Source: Octopus vulgaris (lineage: Eukaryota). Taken from it: a DNA stretch of 64,000 nt. The stretch spans positions 47,864,001 through 47,928,000 of the forward strand of contig OX597826.1 in the NCBI GenBank assembly GCA_951406725.2, read 5' to 3'. The translations under genes and the position numbers were made by a program. Below are positions 14,661-27,118 of this stretch, in pieces. The first letter of the stretch is position 1. Each line of letters opens with the position of its first letter. A model generated the notes under the pieces. It did not search any database. It was not told where the DNA came from and saw only the letters and a list, made by a program, of their open reading frames with translations.

Positions 14661-15054
14661 ATTTTTTCTCCAATCTGCAGCTATTGATTGGATTATACAT
14701 ATAACTCTGTTTATGTAAAGTGAGTATATATATGCATAAATACAAATGTATACATACATACATACATACATACATACATACATACATACATACACACACG
14801 CACACATTTATATATATAATGTGAATAATATAATATATAAATAATATATATATGCATATATGCATACGTATATATGCATATATATATTATTTATATATTA
14901 TATTATTCACATTATATATATAAATGTGTGCGTGTGTGTATGTATGTATGTATGTATGTATGTATACATTTGTATTTATGCATATATATACTCACTTTAC
15001 ATAAACAGAGTTATATGTATAATCCAATCAATAGCTGCAGATTGGAGAAAAAAT
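14661..15054. repeat. near-perfect palindrome with ~190-bp arms
   Basis: ATTTTTTCTCCAATCTGCAGCTATTGATTGG... is reverse-complemented at ...CCAATCAATAGCTGCAGATTGGAGAAAAAAT; arms differ essentially only in (TACA)n copy number. Confidence 0.95.
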
Positions 15055-15080
15055 TATATATATATATATATATGCATATA

Positions 15081-15396
15081 TGGGCACAGGACGTCACGAA
15101 ACGTGTACAAGAACAAAATTCGAAGTACGAGTGCATGGAATATGAACTATTTGTTTCGAACAACGAAAGACACAAATGGAAAACAAGACAAACAACGTAA
15201 AGAACGACCTTTCATCAGTTGTTGGCTGTTTTTCTACTCTCGTATTTCGAGCATTTAACAACAATATACGCTTTCGATAAAACAGTTGCTCCCACAATGC
15301 AAATTAAATAAAATTTGGGATTTTTGCAGAGGGTCAAAATTGGCAACACAAACAGGATCAATTTTGTTGTACACGTTTCGTGACTTCCTGTGCCCA
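15081..15396. mobile_element. MITE-like element with 30-bp terminal inverted repeats in a TA tract
   Basis: TGGGCACAGGACGTCACGAAACGTGTACAA ... TTGTACACGTTTCGTGACTTCCTGTGCCCA, 1 mismatch. Confidence 0.85.
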
Positions 15397-16124
15397 CATA
15401 TGCATATATATATGTATATATGCGTATAAATGAATGTGTGTGTATGTGGGGGTGTGCGTATCTACCTATATCTATATATCATATGATATTGATAAATTTA
15501 CATGTGAAGAAATGTATTATTTAATTATCATATAATTATCTCTAAATTAATTTTATTGAATTTTTATGCGAAATTTTACACTAAAACGTTGCCATAAATT
15601 TCGAAAGACCTTCAAATATTTCAATTCTTAATTAAAATAGCTTTTCATATATTACATAAGAAGGTTAAATCTTCTAAAAGGTTTACTACATTCAATAAAT
15701 AGGTAACTAATTGTCATGAGATAAAATTTCTCTTTCTAATTATCATAAGGTAGAATTCTTATGTTTATTTTTATTCTTTAGTTATCCAGAGATATCACCA
15801 ATAAATGCATACAAAAATAGTCTTTCTCAAATATGTTTACTTTAATTTTTATTCTTTCATTATTCACTGAGGTCACCATTAGGGAAATGCAGAAATGTCT
15901 TAGATTGAATTCCTTCTAAGCGTTCTTTTTGTAGACGTTTTCAATGATATTATATTTATATATATATATATATATATACATATATGCATATATGTATGTA
16001 TTTATGTATGTGCATATATATATGTATATACATATACATATGTGTGTGTGTGTGTGTTAATAGAATGAAAACAATTGTCGACTTATAAGGGGAATTCTAC
16101 AATAACGATGTTATTTTCTCTATA

Positions 16125-16674
16125 CATATTTTTTTGTGAAATACGATGCAAAAGTTATACCCTCCTCTGGGTTATAACTGAATTCATTAATAGAATTCAG
16201 AACGCCCTCTGGCGAGAACGAACTTAGTTCATTTTTGAAATTCTTTGAATATAGCTCCAATAATTGTTGCTGTTGTTGTTGCTGTAATAGTTGTTTCTGC
16301 AACTCCTGTTGCTTTTGTAACTGCACAGTGGAAGTTAATAGGTCTTCCGTTATTTAACAAGTTGCATCACGAACAAATTGTTTAATAATCTACGCGAGCT
16401 TCGAAACCCTTGTCGCCAGATGTTGTAATGTAATTTGTTACGTACAATAAATAAGATAACCAGACAGCTGTAAAAACAATGTAACGAACTAGCAAATCTC
16501 TTTACGAACCAACAATCAATATTCCTTGTGAACTAACTAACCAACACCTTTCGACTTCACTGCGAACTAACACGAACTTCACTCGACTCCGAACTCTGAA
16601 CTCACTTGGATCGTTACTATTTATACTTTACTCGGACCAGTTTATCTATCGCAAGGGGGGCGTCGTAACTAATC

Positions 16675-16680
<6 letters not shown>
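16125..16680 (-). mobile_element. Gypsy-type LTR retrotransposon remnant: 260-bp LTR (16421-16680), PBS and gag N-terminus
   Basis: LTR bounded by TGTTGT...ACAACA; PBS TGGCGACAAGGG follows it on the minus strand; gag-like LQKQQELQKQLLQQQQ...LNSINEFSYNPEEGITFASYF. Confidence 0.85.
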
Positions 16681-16763
<83 letters not shown>

Positions 16764-17808
16764 CATACACGTCACGAAATGGTAATCTCTCAAACCCAAG
16801 AAAGACAGTTCTACAACTTCTTGCCAAACAACCTACATATGTGGGTGTGTTTGTGTATAATTTGTTTATACTACAAACAAATCATCATCATCATCGTCAT
16901 TATCCTCATTGTCTAATGTCCGCCTCCCATGCTGGCACGGGTGGGACGGTTTGACAAGAGCCGGCCAGCCAGAAGCCAGCATCAGACTTCTGTAACTGTT
17001 TTGGCAAGATTTTTACAGCTGGATGCCCTTCCTAAGACCAACCACTCATCAGAGTGGAGTTAGTGTTTTTCACGTGGCAGAAGCACAGGCGAAGTCAGTT
17101 TTGGCAAGGTTTTTACAGCCGGATGCCCTCCAAACACCAACCACTTTACAGTGTGCACTGGATGCTTTTAAGTGGAACCTGCACTGGCAGGGTCACCAAG
17201 TAACTTGCAACACAAACTTTACAGTGATGTATGTAAGCACACTCCTTCCATCAAACCAACATTGCCTGTACAGCTACACACTACCCCACATGCCAGGTGT
17301 TGATGTGATTGTAGGGCAACATAAAATGAAATGCCTTGTCCAAGAACGTTTTGTCCAAGAATGCAAACCACCCCCTGGTACAACAATGGAACATACGATC
17401 AGGTGATGTCAAGTGTAACACACTAGCCACTAGAGCACACACCCTCACACACGCACAAACACATACACATACACATACACAAACATACACACATACACGG
17501 AGACGATTACAAGTGACCGAAGCCTTTGACGCTGTTCAGTGCTTGAGTAGATGCATCAAGCCAAGTGAAATAATAGTCACGGCCGTTGTCAGTGTCATAT
17601 AAATGGGACCTGGAAAATCGTAGTCGTGGCCGTTTTTGGTGTCATGTAAATGGCACCCGTGCCGCTGGCACGTAAAAAGCACTTATTGCACTCTTGGAGT
17701 GGTTGGCATTAGGAAGAGCATCCAGCTGTAAAAACCATGCCAAATCAAACTGGAACCTGGTGCAGCTCTCCAGCTTAGCAGTTCCAATCAAATGGTCTAA
17801 CCCATGCA

Positions 17809-18327
17809 GGGCGGCGAGCTGGCAGAAACGTTAGCACGCCGGGCGAAATGCGTAGCCGTATTTCGTCTGCCGTTACGTTCTGAGTTCAAATTCCGCCAAG
17901 GTTGACTTTGCCTTTCATCCTTTCGGGGTCGATTAAATAAGTACCAGTTACGCACTGGGGTCGATATAATCGACTTAATCCGTTNNNNNNNNNNNNNNNN
18001 NNNNNNNNNNNNNNNNNNNNNNNNNNNNNNNNNNNNNNNNNNNNNNNNNNNNNNNNNNNNNNNNNNNNNNNNNNNNNNNNNNNNTCTAACCCATGCAGGG
18101 CGGCGAGCTGGCAGAAACGTTAGCACGCCGGGCGAAATGCGTAGCCGTATTTCGTCTGCCGTTACGTTCTGAGTTCAAATTCCGCCAAGGTTGACTTTGC
18201 CTTTCATCCTTTCGGGGTCGATTAAATAAGTACCAGTTACGCACTGGGGTCGATATAATCGACTTAATCCGTTTGTCTGTCTTTGTCCTCTCTGTGTTTA
18301 GCCCTTTGTGGGTAGTAAAGAAATAGG
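17809..18327 (+). mobile_element. young SINE B nested in SINE C, spanning the gap
   Basis: TSD GGTCTAACCCATGC on both sides. Confidence 0.85.
17985..18084. other. assembly gap (100 N) with duplicated flanks
   Basis: 17796-17984 is repeated identically right after the N run. Confidence 0.95.
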
Positions 18328-18613
18328 TCTAACCCATGCCAGCATGGAAAGCGAATGTTAAATGATGACAACGACGATAATTTTGATGATGACGACGACA
18401 ACGATGATGATGATGATGATATATAACGTCTATGTACGACTTTGGAGTACTGAAATAAGCGGATGTGCTTCAAGAGGAAACAGCTTAGACTATAACCCCC
18501 ATTTACATAGTTATATACACAGACACACCACTCGCGCGCACACATACACAGGTGTGTCTCTGTGTGTGTTTGCTTTGCAAGATTACTGAAGTTAAATCGT
18601 GTGTTGCAACAAA

Positions 18614-18973
18614 TATATTTTGGGACGATCATTTTTTTGCCAAATAAACACATGCACTGTATACTTGTTCGTCACTTCAGCTATATTTTTGTTCTTAGTT
18701 AGTTTAGTGTCCTTTGTTTTGAAATTTTTTGTGATACGTCCTGTGACCTCTTTAGCAATTCTCCGCCCCACCTGTCTTTCTGAACAACAGAATGGGCTAA
18801 ACATGACAAGAGGAGACACATTGGATGGAGAATCATTGAAGAGGTCACAGGGTGTGTGACAAAAGATTTCAGACAAAGGGCAATAAAATAAGAACAATAA
18901 TAATGTTGAATGGAAGAACGAGTGTATAGTGCGTGTGTTTATTTGGCAAAAAGTATGACCATCCTGAAATATA
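18614..18973 (+). ncRNA. long imperfect RNA hairpin (~165-bp stem) in unique sequence
   Basis: Nested complementary blocks, e.g. TTTTGCCAAATAAACACATGCACTGTATACTTGTTC / GAACGAGTGTATAGTGCGTGTGTTTATTTGGCAAAA and CCTGTGACCTCTT / AAGAGGTCACAGG; most transition mismatches are G.U on +. Confidence 0.65.
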
Positions 18974-19202
18974 ACTATATGTGTATGTGTGTATACATAC
19001 ATATATATGAGAGAGAGAAAGAGAGAGAGGTTGACTATGTAAGCCAAACCCACGGGATTTTTTCCTGTCTCTCTTTTAATCTCCTTCCTTCTCTCCCCCG
19101 TTTCTCTGGAACATTCCTGTAAGAAGGATTCTGTCCAAAACCTAGCTTTAACTCTCGTCATTCTCCCTTATGCATCAACTAAATAATATTAACTGTGAAC
19201 AA

Positions 19203-19975
19203 GGCGGCGAGCTGGCAGAAACGTTAGCACGCCGAGCGAAATGCTTAGCGGTATTTCGTCTGCCGCTACGTTCTGAGTTCAAATTCCGCCGAGGTCGAAT
19301 TTGCCTTTCATCCTTTCGGGGTCGATAAATTAAGTACCAGTTACGCACTGGGGTCAATGTAATCGACTTAATACTTATGTCTGTCCTTGTTTGTCCCCTC
19401 TGTGTTTAGCCCCTTGTGGGTAATAAAGAAATAGGTATTTCGTCTGCCGCTACGTTCTGAGTTCAAATTCCGCCGAGGTCGAATTTGCCTTTCATCCTTT
19501 CGGGGTCGATAAATTAAGTACCAGTTACGCACTGGGGTCAATATAATCGACTTAATACTTATGTCTGTCCTTGTTTGTCCACTCTCTGTTTAGCCCCTTG
19601 TGGGTAATAAAGAAATGGGTATTTCGTCTGCCGCTACGTTCTGAGTTCAAATTCTGCCAAGGTCGACTTTGCCTTTCATCCTTTCGGGGTCGATTAAATA
19701 AGTACCGGTTACACAATGGGGTCGATATAATCGACTTAATCCGTTTGTCTGTCCTTGTTTGTCCCCTCTGTGTGTAGCCCCTTGTGGGCAATAAATAAAT
19801 AAGAAACGTTTGCAGGCCAGGCGAAATGCTTAGAGGTATTTTGTTTGCCGCTACGTTCTCAGTTCAAATTCCGCCGAGGTCGAATAAATTAAGTACCAGT
19901 TGCATACTGGGGTCGATCTAATCGACTGGCCTCCTTCCCAAAAAATTTTGGACCTTGTGCCTAGAGCAGAAAAGA
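19203..19975 (+). mobile_element. SINE B tandem multimer (4 units) within one TSD
   Basis: Units restart at GGTATTTCGTCTGCC; TSD AATATTAACTGT(G/T)AACA at 19185 and 19975. Confidence 0.9.
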
Positions 19976-20023
19976 ATATTAACTGTTAACATTTCTTGTA
20001 CCTCTGCTATATTTATGTACTAT

Positions 20024-20060
<37 letters not shown>

Positions 20061-20419
20061 ATGTATACGGGCAGACATATTTGCAACTGTTATTTGGAAA
20101 ATTGATATAAGCACATCCTATTGAATGGTTTCTTAGCCAGACATTACCGTTAACATCCGTCTCATGTCACACCCTTCCTTTCATACAATAATCTCCAAGT
20201 TACCCACTCCTTTCTCACACTCAGTGTCTCTCCCACCCCTCTCTCTCTATCATTCCCCTCTCTCTGTCTCTGTCTGTCTCTCTGTCTCTCTCTCTCTCTG
20301 TTGTCTTATTTCACCTTCACCTTGCCCACTTTCTCTGTATCCCTGGCTTGTTCTCCGTCTCTTGTCTTTTTCTGTGTCTTTCTCCTCTCTCCCCATCACC
20401 CCCTTCTCTCTCTATCCAT

Positions 20420-20466
<47 letters not shown>

Positions 20467-20486
20467 CCTACTTACCTACCTATCTA

Positions 20487-20548
<62 letters not shown>

Positions 20549-20929
20549 ATAATTGCTGTTTAATTTATTTCTCTTACTTTTCTCACTCTCTCTTTCTTTC
20601 TCTCTCTTTCTTTCTCTCTCTTCCTCTTCATTTCCCTCCCTCTCTCTCTATCTCATTTTCACCTTTATTCTGAGTTCCAACTGTCGCTTTCTCTCTCTCT
20701 CTCTTAGCCCTCTTGCTCTCTTTGCCCTTTCTTTCTCTGGCTCTTCCTCTAGCTCTCTTTCTCTCTCTTTCTCTTTCTCCCTCTCCCATCTGCCATTCCT
20801 CTCTCCTTCATCACTCTCCTTATCTTTCCCTCATCTTGCTTTCACTTACCTCCCACTCTTCCTCCCTGATCCTTGTCCATTCTCTTTCACAAGTCAACAC
20901 ACCACTTAAGGAATATGCTTCTCGATGTC

Positions 20930-21352
20930 ATTATTCAACCCTAAGGCAGCACTGCTCCAACAGACCTATGATCAAAGACTTCTCAACTGTGACCCTTCCA
21001 TCTATGCCTACTGATCCAACAGATTTATGATCAAAGCACTTCCAGCCGTGACCCCTTTCATCAATATATGTCAGGAACTCAGAACCACATTATGAAACAC
21101 CTTTTCTTTCAGATAATAGGCTGTGATTTGAGGAAAATTTGCTGATATTTCTAGCAGGGTGAACAACCTCATAGATTCTCCTCCGATGGCACTGCACCTA
21201 CTAGAAATCACAGCTAAATCTCTTTCAATCCTTACTTTATCCTGTTAAAAATAGGACACATTGGATAACATAGACCAGGCTGACAAACAAACAGGATGGC
21301 CATGGCAGGAATCATAGGACTACTTGAATAGAGATGACCTGGGGTTAAACAG
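20930..21352. mobile_element. old fold-back/MITE-like repeat
   Basis: Diverged inverted arms (GATATTTCTAGCAGG / CCTACTAGAAATC; GACCTATGAT / ATCATAGGAC); related pieces at 9160-9360, 28680-28760, 45690-45800. Confidence 0.55.
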
Positions 21353-23019
21353 TCATAGTAACAACCAGCTCTTCAGCTCACACTCATCTCTGACTTCTTC
21401 TTTTGCATTTTGAAAATTTCTCCACACTCTCCGCATTTTCTGTCCACATCACACTTATCTCAATGTCCTATATCCCAGCCCATAGCTTACGCCCATCCCT
21501 ATACTCTCCTTCTATCTCTCACATTTCATCCTCTTCCCTCATGTCCCTATCGACCACATCCGTGCCAGCCTTCCCCCATTCCATCGATTCACTTCTATCT
21601 CACTCTTCTCTCTCTGTCTCTTTCATTCGACCTCTCATCTTCCCCCACCACCATACACACATACACTACCACCACCACCACCATCATCACTATCACCATC
21701 TCCACCACCACCATCACCACCACCACCACCATCATCATCATCATGACACCACTACCACTACCACCAACTCAGCCAAACATCTCCACATTGCTGACTCTCT
21801 TCCTTAGCCTACTCCCACCTCACCCCACCCCACCCCACATCGTGTCGTCCCCCACCCCCGTCACTCACTCACCCCATCCCTCACACTTCTCATCACTCCT
21901 TGCTTTCGCTTGTCTTCACCTTCCCAATTCCATTCTCACCTCTTCCTCCACCTCCACTAACCATTCTTATGCTGTCCCCACCCCCACCACAACTACCATC
22001 ACCACCACCACCACCACCAAAACCATCACCTCCACCATCACCACCACCACCACTGCCGTCTTCTCACTCCAACCCCACACACTTCCTCACACTATCACTA
22101 ACACACCATCCACCCTCGCCCACCTCCCATCATCATTGATACTTCTCTCACATCCTCTTCTTACATTTCATGCACTCCTCATCTTCCTCCCCCTCACTCC
22201 TTCTTCACACATCCCCTTTTCTTTTTTTCCATCTCATACCATCACCCTAACCTCCTCCCACTCCCTCATTGCCAGTTGTTTTATGTTTTTAACGTCCTGT
22301 TGTGCAATATAATTCCTTCAAATCTCTACAAGAGTTTCTCTGCCACGGCCCGCCGCCAGCACCTCCCTCCCCTACACTAAATGATCCTCCAAAGATGGTG
22401 GTGGGGTTTTAGGCACATAACTAAAAGCAATGATGCTGGTGGTGGTGATGATGATGATGATGATGATGATGATAATGGTGATGGTGATGATTGTGGTGAT
22501 GGTGGTGATGATGGTGATAGTAGTGATGGTAATGATGATGATGGTGGTGGTGGTGATAGTAGTGATGGCAATGATGATGATGGTGGTGGTGGTGGTGGTG
22601 TTGATAGTAGTGATGATAATGATGATGATGGTGGTGGTGGTGGTGGTGGTGGTGTTGGTGATAGTAGTGATGGTAATGATGATGATGATCATGATCATCG
22701 GTGGTAATGAGGATGATAATTGATAACATTGATGGTGATCATCTTGATGATAATAACAACAGCAGTAATGCTGCTGATGATGGTAATGATGACGATGATG
22801 ATGGTGATGACGACGACAATGATGATGATGATATCGTACATTAGTTGCAATATTACAGATTTCTTTTCTGTTGGGGTAGCAGTGGAAGCAGTTAAAAAAA
22901 GGTTGATAAAAATCCACCTCAGCATTAAAGACTAACATTTCACCATTTCATAAGCACCAGGTGGATAACGATCAAGAATACTTTTGGCAGGATTTGATCC
23001 CAAAACATAAGGATGTTGA

Positions 23020-23400
23020 TCAGAAATTATGACACTTTCTCATTTCTGTCATACTATACACTATCATTTTTAGTATTGTGAAAATTCTACATTTTAGAAG
23101 TTCAAATTTTTTTTTTCCAAAGACCCATGGAAATTCCATGTCTTACAAATTCACTTATTTCAGATTTGTTCTTATGAATCTGTAGAAAACCCATATTGTG
23201 CAAATTATATTTCTATTATTTCCACTGATTCACAGAAATCCCATATTTTGTAAGTTCTCTAGTTTCTGTTTTGTTTTCATTGAGACAAGGAAATTCCACA
23301 TTTTATGAATTCTCTCATTTCAGTTTTGATACTGTGATTCTTTGGAAATTCCCCAGTTCCTGAACGGTCTTATTTCCATTTTGATGCATGTATTCATGGC
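23020..23400. repeat. degenerate ~55-bp minisatellite
   Basis: GAAATTCC.(C)ATTTT...AATTC.CT.ATTTC.G motif recurring at about 23080, 23129, 23185, 23235, 23289, 23344. Confidence 0.65.
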
Positions 23401-24221
23401 ATTGTTTTTATTATGTCAAACAGTCTGGATTTGGTTCAATCATTAAGGTTGTATAAAGTATAACTCTGAATAATTGTTTCCTTATGGTAAAGATTTTATT
23501 TTATCATCAATTGTATTCCATACTTTTAAGCTTGTTTTATTTGCTACACTCAAACACATATATATATATATGCATGAATATATATATATACACACACACA
23601 TACAAAACTAGCTCTTCAACAGTTTCAATGATGAAAGTTTGGTTCCAGTTGATCCAATCAACAGAATAACCTGCTTATGAAATTAACATGCAAGTGGCTG
23701 AGCACTCCACAGACACATGAACCCTTATTTCAAGTTTTGGCACAAGGCCAGCAATTTCAGGGGATGGGGTAAAGTTGATTACATCAACTCCAGTACTCAC
23801 TCAACTGGTATTTATTTGGAAGGATGAAAGGTAAAGCTGACCTCGTTAGAACTGCTGCTGTTAATATTGCTATCAGTATTAAGATTCCCAATAATGGCCT
23901 TGCTGTTTTGTAACATTATTTTTTTAGTGGAGGGTAGCTCTTAAGATTAGCCATGTCAATGCTTACATTTCTATTACTGTTATTGCTTTTTTTTAGTTCT
24001 CATTAAAAAGGCATATGACATGGATAATGTATTTGAAAGGTTTCCGAGTAATATTCAACTGATACTTACAATAAAAGGCAAAGACAACCTTGGCAGAACT
24101 TGAACTCAGAACATAGATAACCCAAATGTCACTAAGCATTGTGCCCAGTGTGCTAATGATTCTGCCAGCTCTTTGCCTTACTGCTGCTTTTAATACTGAT
24201 TTCAATATTGTTTCAAAATTG

Positions 24222-24460
24222 TGGAGGCACATGGCTTGGTGGTTAGGGTGTTGGATTCATGATGTTAAGATTGTGATTTCGATTCCTGGACCGGGCGATG
24301 CATTGTGTCCTTAAGCAAAACACTTCATTTCATGTTGCTCCACACCACTCAGATGGCAAAAATGAGCAATCCTGCAGCAGACCGGTGTCCTGTCCAGATT
24401 GGTAATATATATTCGCCATGGAAACCAGAATACCAGCCTTATGAGTCTGTATGACTCAGG
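24222..24460 (+). mobile_element. tRNA-derived SINE family D
   Basis: A-box TGGCTTGGTGG, B-box TTCGATTCC, body CTTAAGCAAAACACTTCATTTCATGTTGCTCC; copies at 40575-40760(-), 46160-46340(-), 48084-48420(+), 54968-55210(-). Confidence 0.8.
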
Positions 24461-25424
24461 AAGGAACTTTACTTTTTAAAGGAAACAAGCTGGCAGAATT
24501 GTTTACACACCAGGCAAAATGCTTAGTGGCATTTCGTCTGTCTTTATATTCTGTGTTCAAATACCGCCAAGGTCAACTTTGCCTTTCATCCACCCAGATC
24601 GTTGCCAGTACCGCTGGACTGGCTCCTGTGCATGTGGCACATAAAAAGCACCATCTGGGCGTGGCCACGGCCAGAACTGCCTGACTGGCCTGTGTGCAGG
24701 TAACACGTAAAAACACCCACTACACTCTTGGAGTGGTTGGCATTAGGAAGGGCATCCAGCTGTAGAAACTCTGCCAGATCAGATTGGAGTCTGGTGCAGC
24801 CATCTGGTTTACCAGACCTCTGTCAAATCGTCCAACCCATGCTAGCATGGAAAGTGGACGTTAAACGATGATGATGATCATGATGATGATATATATATAC
24901 ATACATATATATATATATATATAAATACAAGAGGAGATGGTATTATTAGGGGTTAATGAAATAAGTACCAGTTATGCACTGGAGTTATTCTAATTGATTT
25001 ACCTCCTTCCCTACAATTTCTGGCCTTGTGCAAAAATTTGAAACTAATATTTAAGGCAGCAAGCTGGCAAAATTGTTAGTACGCTGGTCAAAATGCTTAG
25101 CAGAATGTCATCCATCTTTACATTCTGAATTCAGATTCTATCAAGGTTGACTTTGCCTTTTATCTTTTCAGTGTCAATAAAATAAGAACCAGTTGAATAC
25201 TGGGGTTTATGTAATCGACTCACCCCTTCATGAAAAGTACTAGCTTCATACCAAAATTTAAAACCAATGTCATCAGTGATTGCAGATTTCTGAAAGGACA
25301 GCTTCTGGCCCATAACATTAGTGATGGTGGGAGCATTTGTAACACAATGCTGAACAAATACTACAAAGGACTACCTTAAAAAAGCACCAGCTCTTCAGTT
25401 TGCATCTTGCATCCTTCACTTACT

Positions 25425-25639
25425 CTTTACTGTTTACTCTTTTATTTGTTTCAGTCATGTGACTGTGGCCATGCTGGAGCACCGCCTTTAGTCGAGCAAA
25501 TCGACCCCAGGACCTATTCTTTGTAAGCCTAATACTTATTCTATCAGTCCCTTTTGCTGAACCACTAAGTTACGGGGACTCATTGGCATTGGTTGTCCAG
25601 CGATGTTGGGGGGACACAGACACACAAACATACACACAC

Positions 25640-25698
<59 letters not shown>

Positions 25699-25860
25699 TA
25701 CGATCGGCCTTTCCCAGCTTCCGTCTGCCAAATCCACTCACAAGGCTTTGGTCGACCTGAGGCTATAGTAGAAGACACTTGCCCAAGGTGCCATACAGTG
25801 GAACTGAACCCGGAACCATGTGGTTGGTATGCAAGCTGCTTACCACACAGCCACTCCTAC
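25425..25860 (-). mobile_element. SINE family A, full length
   Basis: Head to tail match; further older copies at 27280-27540(+), 27940-28230(-), 32030-32340. Confidence 0.9.
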
Positions 25861-26344
25861 TCCTACTGGCACTTATTTTATGAAGTCCAAAAGAAACTGA
25901 CTTTGTCAGAATTTGAACTTGAACTCCAAAGATATATAACTAAAGTCCAGAATGCAGCTTACCAATTCATTACCCTTCCACCCCAGACTCCTTGAGTCCA
26001 CTCCTAATTCTTCATTTTCACATTAACGTAGATAATTTATTATTTGATTGAAACAAAACACCAAAGTAGACACTGAAAACATTCTTCAAATCGCTCAAGT
26101 ATTTTCATAATCTTTCTTATTTTACCAACCCATTATTGCTGTTGTTGTTGTTGTTACTATTATTATTATTATTATTATTATTGCTTGTTTGCTTATTTAA
26201 TTTAGTTTACTTTCATTATTTTTTTGTCAACCTGTTATCCATTTCAATTTCAGTCCAAAACACAAAAAAACTGTGCTGTTTTTATATACACAAAGACAGC
26301 AGGCATTCAAATGTACATATATATATAAAGACACAGATATACAT

Positions 26345-26375
<31 letters not shown>

Positions 26376-27087
26376 CACACACATATATATGTATGTATAT
26401 ATATATGTATGTATACATATATATATATACATATATATATGTATATGTATTTATGTATATATGTATGTATAACTATAAGTATGTATATTTGTATGTATAT
26501 ATATCAATAGAATGGGATGCAATGCAATAGAGAAAGAGTGGAAGAGAGAGAAAAACAAGAGAGAGAGAGAGAGAACAAGAGAGAGCACGAGAGAGAGAAG
26601 GAACTGTAAGAGCTTATGAAATATCTACTGCCGGTGGCCATTTTGTTTTGATAAGGTTTAATAATAATGTTTCAACTGATTGACTTTATTTTAAGAAAAA
26701 CAAACGTTGAGATCAATAAGTAATCCCAAATCAGCAAACAATTTAATAAAATCTATTTATATATTTATCTATTTATTGAACTCCTTTATTGATTTAATTG
26801 TCTATTTATCTTGTCTCAATAGAAAAAAAATATCTTTGTTGTTACTTCAGCATTTCTTGCTTCAGTTAATATCTGTGTTTGTTTTCTTCTACAGAAATAT
26901 AATTTACTCAAGTGGCTATGTTTCTTCATGGGAATATTCCTACTTTATTTGGACTAAAGTCCTTACAAGTGCTTGCTGTTCGTTCATCTAGGTCCTATGT
27001 TCAAATCAAACTAAAATCATTTCAGTGTTTCATTGTTAAAAAAATTGCTGATGTTGTTCTTGCTGTTGCTGTTGCTGTTGTTGTTGT

Positions 27088-27118
<31 letters not shown>

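Noticed and set aside
15140-15260. Hammerhead in the MITE interior (minus-strand CTGATGA and GAAA)
   Set aside because: I could not build stems I-III or a correctly placed NUH triplet.
17796-18273. Apparent tandem duplication of a SINE B
   Set aside because: Identical copies flank a 100-N gap, which indicates an unmerged contig overlap.
18592-19161. 189-aa minus-strand ORF over the long hairpin
   Set aside because: No recognisable domain, runs through microsatellites; better explained by the inverted repeat.
19203-19975. CRISPR-like regular repeats
   Set aside because: Units are ~180-bp SINE bodies with no unique spacers, in eukaryotic context.
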